Shown here: positions 25,929 through 33,735 of the stretch, piece by piece
How positions within the stretch are numbered: the first letter of the stretch is position 1
Layout: each line of letters opens with the position of its first letter
Assembly: GCA_964472675.1 (NCBI GenBank)
Contig: CAYYLO010000005.1
Location: forward strand, 1 to 61,821
Direction: 5' to 3'
DNA length: 61,821 nt
Source: an uncultured Gammaproteobacteria bacterium
Lineage (GTDB): Bacteria; Patescibacteriota; Microgenomatia; UBA8517; UBA10165
The notes under the pieces: generated by a model
The model's input: the letters and a program-made list of their open reading frames with translations, nothing else
Databases searched by the model: none
What the model was told of the DNA's origin: nothing
Made by a program: the position numbers and the translations under genes

Positions 25929-26906
25929 ATGTTAAATTTTTTCAAAAACCACTGGCTTCTAATAATGCTGGCTGTAATTGCTACCCTGCTGGCCATAGTC
26001 TGGGTTCAGGGGGAAAGCAACAAAACTGCCAAACAATCTCTCCCCAACCTACCCGCGATTACTTATCCAAACCTGACGGGCCAGAACGTTCCTCCCGCGA
26101 TTACTTTCAATCTCACAGGGGTAGATCTGCCAACCCAGGTTTCTCTTTATCAAATATCTCCCAAGAGTTTAAATTCCACCCAGGCTAAAGCTTTGGCTAG
26201 AAATTTTGGCTTTCCTGAAAATCCGTCTAATATTTCAACCGACAGCGCTTTGGGAGATTATTATCTTTGGCTTTCAGGGTCAAAAAGTTTATCAGTTAGA
26301 CTCTCGCCATTAGATATCAACTTCGTCCAAGACCCAGGCAGTTCCCCACCGCCTTCCGAAGGAGAATTGCCCAATAAACAAACAGCATTCACTTTTGTCC
26401 AAAACCTTCTATCGACCAATGATCTAAACCTGATTGGAACAACTTTGGCCGTTAGTGGTTCCCGCAAAACATCGGAAGATAATATTCTTGAGTTAAAACT
26501 TGACCCAATAATCGGGCAAACAAAAGTTGTCGATAATAACACCACAACCTCCCTGGTCACTTCCTATTTGGGGAAAGACGGCAAAGTTTATTCTCTGCTT
26601 TACAAAGCAGGTTTTACAAATCCCCATAATCCAACCGGCTACCCTTCCAAAACTCTAGAACAAATTAAAGAGTCTTTGGTAAAAGAAGGTAAAATTGTCA
26701 CACTTGGGGCACCAACCACTGAGCCTGCGCTTTATGTCCCTGTTTCAGTCAATATTATAAGGATTGAAAGTGCCTTACTTTTTTACCCTACACAGCCAGA
26801 CGCTTTATACCCAATTTATATTCTTACGGGCACATCCAAAACCAACGAAGGAGACCAGCCAGTCTATATTTATACTCCAGCCATAAACTCAAAGTATGTG
26901 CGTTAA
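25929..26906 (+). CDS. Membrane-anchored extracellular hypothetical protein (possibly YycH/YycI-like fold)
   Basis: N-terminal TM, soluble domain ending LYPIYILTG...YIYTPAI. Confidence 0.55.
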   Translation: MLNFFKNHWLLIMLAVIATLLAIVWVQGESNKTAKQSLPNLPAITYPNLTGQNVPPAITFNLTGVDLPTQVSLYQISPKSLNSTQAKALARNFGFPENPSNISTDSALGDYYLWLSGSKSLSVRLSPLDINFVQDPGSSPPPSEGELPNKQTAFTFVQNLLSTNDLNLIGTTLAVSGSRKTSEDNILELKLDPIIGQTKVVDNNTTTSLVTSYLGKDGKVYSLLYKAGFTNPHNPTGYPSKTLEQIKESLVKEGKIVTLGAPTTEPALYVPVSVNIIRIESALLFYPTQPDALYPIYILTGTSKTNEGDQPVYIYTPAINSKYVR

Positions 26907-28003
26907 ACCCTTACGGGCATAATGATGTGTTTATATGTGGGATCTTGTGGATCGCAGAAAACTCCTGGAGAGGTCGGACCTTGTGTCTCTATAAGAACTG
27001 TATCCCCATCTATTGAATTCAAAAAATCTAAAAGATATTTATAGTTAAAAGCTACAGTCGTCTCATCGCCCTCAGTTTTTGCTTCAATTTGTATCTCTTC
27101 TTTACCATACTGGTTGCTTTCAGATGTCAAAACCAACCCGTCTTTGTTGAAGTTTATCCTAACAATACTAGCCGATTCCCGCGCAAAAACTGAGGTAGCT
27201 TTAACAGCCTGAAAAAACTCATCTCTTCCTAATGCTGTTTTGGTCGTCCATGCTTTAGGCATTACCCTGTTGTAGTCCGGATACTCACCATCTATTAAAC
27301 GACTGGTTAATATTGTATTTTCTGATTGAAAAATTATCTGACCTTCTTTTTCTAAAACAGCAACTTTTACATCTTCTGTCTTTGTGCCTAATGTCTTATT
27401 TAATTCTTCAATAACTCTTGCCGGAAGAAGAAATTTAGATCCGGCTGCGTCAAAACTTACTCCATCAAGCTCTTTATATGACATTCTAAAACCGTCTGTG
27501 GCCACAGCAATAACCTTATCACCAACTATCAGGTTAACCCCTGTTAGAATTGGCCTGGTGTCGTCTGTTGCTGCAGAAAATGTAACATTATCAGTTAATG
27601 CCTCCAGTGTTTCTTTTTTTAAAGAAAATGTTGCATTTTCTAAAAAGTCTGGAATATTCGGGAACTCTGTTGCCGGTAATCCGGAAATATTGGCTGAAAA
27701 GTTGTTGCAGGAAATTTTTAACTGATCTTTATCTGTTTCTAATAAAACCTTACCAGCAGGCAAATGGTTTACAAGATCAACTAAAATTTTTGCAGGAACT
27801 GTAATACTTCCTTCTACTTCTACTTTTACACCTGTTGAAATATGGATTCCTGTTTCAAGATTGGTAGCCGACAAAGACAATTTGCCATTTTCGGCTTTTA
27901 GTAAAATATTTGAAAGTACCGGAAGTTGTGCACGCGTTGAAACAAATTTCGAAGCAAATGTGGTATTACTGGACAAGTCTTCCTGTAATATTGAGAGTTT
28001 CAT
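26903..28003 (-). CDS. dnaN: DNA polymerase III beta clamp
   Basis: LPVLSNILL, ATNLE, TRPILTGV, ATDGFRM, SRLIDGEYPDY, HIIMPVR. Confidence 0.98.
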   Translation of the reverse strand: MKLSILQEDLSSNTTFASKFVSTRAQLPVLSNILLKAENGKLSLSATNLETGIHISTGVKVEVEGSITVPAKILVDLVNHLPAGKVLLETDKDQLKISCNNFSANISGLPATEFPNIPDFLENATFSLKKETLEALTDNVTFSAATDDTRPILTGVNLIVGDKVIAVATDGFRMSYKELDGVSFDAAGSKFLLPARVIEELNKTLGTKTEDVKVAVLEKEGQIIFQSENTILTSRLIDGEYPDYNRVMPKAWTTKTALGRDEFFQAVKATSVFARESASIVRINFNKDGLVLTSESNQYGKEEIQIEAKTEGDETTVAFNYKYLLDFLNSIDGDTVLIETQGPTSPGVFCDPQDPTYKHIIMPVRV

Positions 28004-28084
28004 AGACTATAGTTAAAACAACATACAACATAAGACAAGTAAAGACAAGAAGTTCATCTTCTTAAGATTGTGCGCCCTCTGTTG

Positions 28085-28236
28085 TTTATTGTATTTTAAT
28101 TAGTTGTAGTAGTAGGTATTGTTGATATGTGTAAAATGAACCTGAATTCTGTTTATAACAGGTATAAGCATTTTGCTGATAAATTGTACACTTGTTACAC
28201 ACAAGGGTGTTGTAAAATTGAATTAATACACAAGTT
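28085..28236. other. oriC: Replication origin, dnaA-dnaN segment with basal unwinding element
   Basis: Minus strand TTTTACACA-TATCAACA-ATAC-CTACTACTACAACTA followed by an AT-rich tract; more degenerate boxes to 28230. Confidence 0.8.
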
Positions 28237-28237
28237 A

Positions 28238-29605
28238 TCAGGAAATGGTTTTTTTAATCCCCAGGATATCCTCATGCAATCCACCTTTTTCTAAAATATT
28301 TTTAGATATCTTATCCACAGCATGCATAACTGTAGTATGATCTCTTCCGCCAACCAACCTGCCTACCTCCTGAAGTGAAAGGCCTAAATCTATACGTAAA
28401 ATATACATTAATATTTGTCTTGGTAAGGCTACTGTTTGAACTCTACTATCACCCAGTAAGCTTCGTTTACCTAATGAATAATAATTTGAAACGGCATTAA
28501 TCACAGATTGTGGGGAAACAGGTTTTTTATACGGTTGTATATCTCCGTTTGATGTTCCTAGGAGTTTATTAACCAGTTCAATGGTTAAAGTCTCGTGTGT
28601 TAAGGTAAAGTGGCTATTGAGTTTGGTTAAAAAACCCTCAATTCTTCTGGGGCTATCAATATTGGCGGCAATAACTTGAGCTATTTCTGTTGGAAGCTCC
28701 AATCCCCTTTCTTGAGATTTAATCAAAGTGATAGCGGCACGCAATTCAAAATCTGGTGGCGCAATATCTACTATTAATCCAGCCTCAAACCTGCTTTTTA
28801 GACGTTCTTCCAGGCGTTCAATCTCATGTGGTGGTCTGTCAGAAGTAAGAATTACCTGTCCACCTTCCCTTTGAAGGGTGTTAAAGGTATGAAAAAACTC
28901 TTCCTGTACGGCTGTTTTTCCAGCAATAAATTGAATATCATCAACCATCAACAGTTTTAGTTTGCGGTATCTGTTTTTAAACGCAGGCGTTGTCTTGTTT
29001 CTTATGGCATCAACTATCTCGTTGGTAAATTCTTCTCCCATACAGTAAAGCATGGGGGTCTCAGAATCTTTTTTTAATAATTCGCAAGCAACAGATAGCA
29101 TTAAATGTGTCTTGCCTACCCCTACTCCTCCATATAAAAACAACGGGTTATATGCATACCCTGGGTTTTTACTTACTGCTTCTGCTGCAGCATGGGCCAT
29201 TTGGTTAGTTCCGGAGACTGCAAAGTTTTCAAAAGTAAAACCCGGCCTTATTCTTACCCTTTTTAAAGCATCGGAAACTAAAGCTGAACTTTGGGGCTGC
29301 AGGTTGGCAAACAATGGCTCCTCCCTCTTATTATCTGTTTTTATCTTTTGGCGTACAATAAAGGTAATATCATTTTTCAAGTTTGTAGTTTGGTTTAAAG
29401 CATCTTGCAAGATGTCGAAATACCTTTTCTCAATTCCATCGGCTATAAACGAGGACGAACAACCAATTTCAATAGCTTGCCGTATGTCTGAAATTTTCTT
29501 TATAGAAACGATAAAAGTTGAAGAAAACCATGTTTGAAAGTTAGCTTGAGAAAGCGATAATTTTAAGGTTGATAAAACATTTTTCCACACTTGATCTTGT
29601 TCCAT
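28238..29605 (-). CDS. dnaA: Chromosomal replication initiator
   Basis: YNPLFLYGGVGVGKTHL, LMVDDIQF, RLKSRF, GGRDHTTVMHA. Confidence 0.99.
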   Translation of the reverse strand: MEQDQVWKNVLSTLKLSLSQANFQTWFSSTFIVSIKKISDIRQAIEIGCSSSFIADGIEKRYFDILQDALNQTTNLKNDITFIVRQKIKTDNKREEPLFANLQPQSSALVSDALKRVRIRPGFTFENFAVSGTNQMAHAAAEAVSKNPGYAYNPLFLYGGVGVGKTHLMLSVACELLKKDSETPMLYCMGEEFTNEIVDAIRNKTTPAFKNRYRKLKLLMVDDIQFIAGKTAVQEEFFHTFNTLQREGGQVILTSDRPPHEIERLEERLKSRFEAGLIVDIAPPDFELRAAITLIKSQERGLELPTEIAQVIAANIDSPRRIEGFLTKLNSHFTLTHETLTIELVNKLLGTSNGDIQPYKKPVSPQSVINAVSNYYSLGKRSLLGDSRVQTVALPRQILMYILRIDLGLSLQEVGRLVGGRDHTTVMHAVDKISKNILEKGGLHEDILGIKKTIS

Positions 29606-29702
29606 GTTTTGTTTCCACATTAAAGAGTTATCCACAATTAGTGTCAACCCCTAAAAAGGACGAAACGCTCCCTGTTGTTTTACACGACATTGTTGTGTAA
29701 AA
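29581..29702. promoter_or_regulatory. DnaA-box cluster upstream of dnaA
   Basis: TTTTCCACA 29581, GTTTCCACA 29611, TTATCCACA 29628, TGTGTAAAA 29694. Confidence 0.75.
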
Positions 29703-29735
29703 TAATACAACTCGTTTCAAAACAGCTTCATAACG

Positions 29736-29879
29736 ATGTCTACCAAAAGAACTTATCAACCTAGTAAAACCAGAAGAATAAGGGTTAGTGGGTATAGAGC
29801 CCGTGCAAAGAGTAGATCAGGTAAAAAAGTAATATCAAGAAGGCAAAGGAAAGGTCGCAGAATTATTGCCCATAGCTAA
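29736..29879 (+). CDS. rpmH: 50S ribosomal protein L34
   Basis: Manual translation MSTKRTYQPSKTRRIRVSGYRARAKSRSGKKVISRRQRKGRR (47 aa). Confidence 0.95.
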   Translation: MSTKRTYQPSKTRRIRVSGYRARAKSRSGKKVISRRQRKGRRIIAHS

Positions 29880-30211
29880 TGCTCCCCCGTCAACACAGGC
29901 TCACTTCAAAGAAGGATTTTCAAGAAGTTTTTTTAAAAGGTAAGAACATTAGTGGCAGGTTTTTTAATATTGTTATACTACACAGTGATTCGGGCAAAAA
30001 AAGCAAGTTTGGAATAATTGTTTCAAACAAAGTTTCAAAAAGAGCTGTTTTGCGCAATCGAATCAAGAGGGTGGTTAGGTCATTTATACAAGATCACATA
30101 TTAGAATTGGAAAATGGTATAAATATTTTAGTTGTTGCCAGAAATAATTCATCTTTCCAGGAAAACACTGTACTTGCAGAAGACCTTAAAAGTTGTTTCG
30201 ATAGATTGTAA
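29879..30211 (+). CDS. rnpA: RNase P protein component
   Basis: RLTSKKDFQEV, KFGIIVSNKV, AVLRNRIKR. Confidence 0.95.
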   Translation: MLPRQHRLTSKKDFQEVFLKGKNISGRFFNIVILHSDSGKKSKFGIIVSNKVSKRAVLRNRIKRVVRSFIQDHILELENGINILVVARNNSSFQENTVLAEDLKSCFDRL

Positions 30212-30224
30212 ATCATTTTTGATA

Positions 30225-30446
30225 ATGTTAAAAAAATTTGTTTGTTTCCTGATCCGGACTTACCAGGTAATACTTGGTGGAAGGAATGGTTTTTTGTCTT
30301 TTGTTGTCGGGGGTGGCTGTCCTCAATCCCCCAGCTGTTCAGAGTATACATACCAGGCAGTTGGGAAGTTTGGAGTTGTTAAAGGGTTAAAGCTGGGGAC
30401 AATGCGTATTATTAAGTGTAGCCGCTCTATTCTGTTATGGAACTGA
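30225..30446 (+). CDS. yidD: Membrane protein insertion efficiency factor
   Basis: CPQSPSCSEY...GVVKG...RIIKC; conserved position. Confidence 0.85.
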   Translation: MLKKFVCFLIRTYQVILGGRNGFLSFVVGGGCPQSPSCSEYTYQAVGKFGVVKGLKLGTMRIIKCSRSILLWN

Positions 30447-31225
30447 TTACTCAACCATTATTAAATCTCTTAATAATTTTCTACCATTTATTATTTAGTA
30501 ATTTGGGTTTGGCTATTATTGGTTTTACTGTTTTTGTTCGGCTTTTGCTTACCCCATTAACTTTGCCGTCAATGAAAATGATGCAAAAAATGAAGGAGTA
30601 CACTCCGGAGTTAAACAAAATTAAAGCTAAATATAAAGATGACAAAAAGAAGTTGTTACAGGCACAAACCGATTTCTATAAAGAAAAAGGTATTAATCCT
30701 GCATCGGGATGTTTACCACAAATAGTAAGTATTGTAATTCTTATTGCGTTATTCAACGGCTTTTCTCAAGTTTTTCAAGGATCCAATATAACTCAACAAT
30801 TAAATAAGGTTCTTTACCCTGTTTTACAAATTAACGGAGAAATTAATCATTTTTTCTTTGGCCGCGATTTAACGCGGCCCGACGTTCTTAATATTAGCGG
30901 TATACCCTTTGCGCTCCCGGGTTTGTTTTTAATTGTGGTGGCGTTGGTTCAGCTACTTTCCTCTAAAATGATGATGCCTAACGTTCAAGCTGCTGAGAAA
31001 GTAGCCAAAAAGACCGAAGAAGGGTTTGATGATATTGCAGCCTCTATGCAATCACAAATGACATATATTTTCCCCCTAGTTACCTTGTTTATTGGCTTAA
31101 ATTTCCCTCTAGGGGTAGTTTTATATTGGGGCACCTTCTCTCTTTTTCAAGCAGTCCAGCAGTATTTTGTGTCCGGTTGGGGAGGTTTGGCCCCTTGGGT
31201 TAATAAGTTTAGGAAAGTTGTCTAG
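30437..31225 (+). CDS. yidC: Membrane protein insertase YidC/Oxa1
   Basis: GLAIIGFTVFVRLLLTPL, GINPASGCLP, GVVLYW. Confidence 0.95.
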   Translation: MELITQPLLNLLIIFYHLLFSNLGLAIIGFTVFVRLLLTPLTLPSMKMMQKMKEYTPELNKIKAKYKDDKKKLLQAQTDFYKEKGINPASGCLPQIVSIVILIALFNGFSQVFQGSNITQQLNKVLYPVLQINGEINHFFFGRDLTRPDVLNISGIPFALPGLFLIVVALVQLLSSKMMMPNVQAAEKVAKKTEEGFDDIAASMQSQMTYIFPLVTLFIGLNFPLGVVLYWGTFSLFQAVQQYFVSGWGGLAPWVNKFRKVV

Positions 31226-31273
31226 AAAACCTCTCTTTGTCAGATTCAAACAAAACTGGTACAATACCTGAAC

Positions 31274-31735
31274 ATGGTTGCTAAAAAACAGGATTTAATC
31301 AAGGAAATTGTTGAGGAGTTGTTAAGGCTCGCGGGTATTGAGGGGTCAGCTGAAGTTGCTGAAGATAAGGAAAATGGATTTTTTAATGTTCAAATAGAAA
31401 CGGAACAAGCAGGGGTTTTAATTGGACACCGTGGAGAAACCCTTTCCTCTCTTCAAACGGTTGTAAGGCAGATTGCTTTTAACAAACTGGGTGAGAATAC
31501 AAATATACTTATAAATGTTGGAGACTGGAAGACAAAGCGCGAAGAAACTTTGAAAAATATTGCCCAAGTGGCAGTAAATAAAGTTAAAAACACAGGTGTT
31601 GCTCAACATGTTTACGATTTAACACCAGCAGAGCGCAGGTTTGTACATGTATTATTAGAAGATGATGGTGAAGTTGTAACTGAATCAGAAGGTGAAGGAC
31701 GGGAGCGCCATTTAGTTATTAAACCTAACGTATAA
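31274..31735 (+). CDS. jag: Jag/KhpB RNA-binding protein (KH + R3H)
   Basis: LIGHRGETLSSLQ, AERRFVH, SEGEGRERH. Confidence 0.93.
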   Translation: MVAKKQDLIKEIVEELLRLAGIEGSAEVAEDKENGFFNVQIETEQAGVLIGHRGETLSSLQTVVRQIAFNKLGENTNILINVGDWKTKREETLKNIAQVAVNKVKNTGVAQHVYDLTPAERRFVHVLLEDDGEVVTESEGEGRERHLVIKPNV

Positions 31736-31890
31736 AAGAAAGCAGAATTTCTCTTCGGCTACGCGTAAAAGAAAGCAGAATTTCTCTTCAACTTCGTATA
31801 AAAGAAATCTGAATTTCTCATCCTGTCAGAGCGTATACACTTCGTATATTGAAAATTAGAATTTTCTCAAACTTCGTATAAATTTCTCCA
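31729..31890. repeat. Degenerate tandem repeat tract (33-nt period)
   Basis: TAAAAGAAAGCAGAATTTCTCTTC identical at 31733 and 31766; degenerate copies follow; CTTCGTATA recurs. Confidence 0.8.
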
Positions 31891-31909
31891 TATTTGTTAC
31901 AATAGCTTT

Positions 31910-33199
31910 GTGGATATTGGACGTTTAATTTTTAAGAATGCCTCTTTTCAGGTAATTGGTAAAGTAATTACTATTTTCTCCTCGCTCCTCCTCACTTGGT
32001 TTTTGCGAGATAGGCTTGGCAATGAAGGGTACGGCGTTTACGTTTTTGTTACAGCATTTGTTTTGTTTTTTGGCAATATTGCCGATTGGGGTACCAATTT
32101 GATCGTGGTCCGCGAAGCATCAAGAGTAAACCAGGAAAATCAAAACACCATCTTTACAAGTAGTATAAGTTTTCGTCTGCTTCTCTCTTTCATTGCTGTT
32201 ATTCTGGTCAATATTTTTATTCGTGCCAACCTTGAGTGGCAGCCTTTTGTTTTACCAGCAACTATCGCGTCTTTTGTTCTGTTGGCCCTTTCCCTAAAGA
32301 ATTCCCTGGCGATCATTCTCCAGACAATTATGCGATTTGGGCTGCTTACAATGATGGAGGTTTTATTGTCCATTTCCTTTTTGTTACTTTCTGTTGCTTT
32401 TTTAATTAACAACTTTAATGTGCACTATGTAATGCTTGCCTGGGTTGTGGCTACAGCTATTTCAGCATTTTTGGGTTTTTGGTTTACCAGACAACACCTG
32501 AAAAGATTTTCCTTTGACTGGAATGTGAGCAAAAAAATAATTAAGGAGGCGTTGCCTACAGGAACACTACTTATCGTTTTTTCCATTTACAACAGAATAG
32601 ACATTCTTATTTTGCAGCATTTTTGGGGAACGGACAGCGTTGGTGTCTATGGACTTTCTTACAAGATTTACGAGACTTTAATAACTGGCGCCGCTTTTAT
32701 CGTTAGTGCCGCCTATCCCCTTTTGTCTTCCTTAAAACACACAGAAGATGTTCGACACGTTTATCAAAAAACCTTTAATATTCTTGCTGCCACCTGTCTA
32801 GTATTATTTTTGGTAACTTTTATTTTAGCCCCATCAATAAAATTACTTTGGGGTGAAAGCTCTCTCGCCTCTGTTTTGCCGCTGCGAATTTTATCTGTTG
32901 CTTTAATTTTTTCCTACCTTAACCATTTAACTGGTTATTCCTTAATTGCTTTAGGCAAACAAAAAATATCATTGTTAATTGGAGTATTTGCTTTACTTTT
33001 AAATTTGTCTCTTAACTTTCTGTTAATTCCCCACTATTCTTATCAGGCTGCCTCAGTAATGACTGTTGTGACAGAGGGTTTTGTTTTTGTGTGTTCCTCT
33101 GTTGCCCTTTATCAACTGACAGATCTTCGTCCCTCTTTTCTTTCTTTTCCCAAAACCATATACTCACTCTTGTTTGCAAGGAGAAAAAATGGAAAGTAA
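31910..33199 (+). CDS. Oligosaccharide flippase (Wzx/RfbX family)
   Basis: 12+ TM, LGNEGYGVY, IADWG, RIDILIL, VGVYGLSYK. Confidence 0.9.
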   Translation: MDIGRLIFKNASFQVIGKVITIFSSLLLTWFLRDRLGNEGYGVYVFVTAFVLFFGNIADWGTNLIVVREASRVNQENQNTIFTSSISFRLLLSFIAVILVNIFIRANLEWQPFVLPATIASFVLLALSLKNSLAIILQTIMRFGLLTMMEVLLSISFLLLSVAFLINNFNVHYVMLAWVVATAISAFLGFWFTRQHLKRFSFDWNVSKKIIKEALPTGTLLIVFSIYNRIDILILQHFWGTDSVGVYGLSYKIYETLITGAAFIVSAAYPLLSSLKHTEDVRHVYQKTFNILAATCLVLFLVTFILAPSIKLLWGESSLASVLPLRILSVALIFSYLNHLTGYSLIALGKQKISLLIGVFALLLNLSLNFLLIPHYSYQAASVMTVVTEGFVFVCSSVALYQLTDLRPSFLSFPKTIYSLLFARRKNGK

Positions 33200-33617
33200 T
33201 TCGCTTAAGGTTTTTTCAGATGGAGGGGCTCGCGGCAACCCCGGTCCTGCTGCCAGTGCTTTTGTAGTTAAAGATTTTCAGGACAATATAATTTATAAAA
33301 GTGGCAAAACAATTGGCAACACCACAAACAATATTGCAGAGTATACAGGAGTGAAAATGGCAATGGATTGGCTAGTTGAAAACAATAAAGAGAATTTTAA
33401 AATAAATTTTTTTTTGGATTCTCAACTAGTTGTTAATCAATTAAAAGGACTTTTTAAAATTAAAAATGAAAACTTAAGGAAAATAGTTTTATCAATTAAA
33501 GTGCTGGAAAACAAACTAAAAGCGGGAGTAACTTATCAACATATACCCCGCGAACAAAATAAGGAGGCAGATCTTTTAGTGAACATGGCACTTGATGGCT
33601 CTCCAATACTTTCATAG
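33189..33617 (+). CDS. rnhA: Ribonuclease HI family protein
   Basis: SDGGARGNPGPA, TNNIAEY, DSQLVV, NKEADLL. Confidence 0.9.
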   Translation: MESNSLKVFSDGGARGNPGPAASAFVVKDFQDNIIYKSGKTIGNTTNNIAEYTGVKMAMDWLVENNKENFKINFFLDSQLVVNQLKGLFKIKNENLRKIVLSIKVLENKLKAGVTYQHIPREQNKEADLLVNMALDGSPILS

Positions 33618-33735
33618 TTTCACAATAAAATTTTACTTTTGCAACTGACTTTCACGTCTCGCTAACACAAAATTTACTCATTTTTTATTTTGGAAGTTTC
33701 TTGCATTAATTTGTGAATTTGCCTACCATTAAAGC

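Noticed and set aside
28311-28319. Perfect DnaA boxes inside CDSs (here and at 3596-3604)
   Set aside because: Explained by coding sequence (AVDK in DnaA) or chance; not counted as independent evidence
31729-31890. CRISPR array
   Set aside because: Only two exact 24-nt units with a 9-nt gap, then decay; no cas genes
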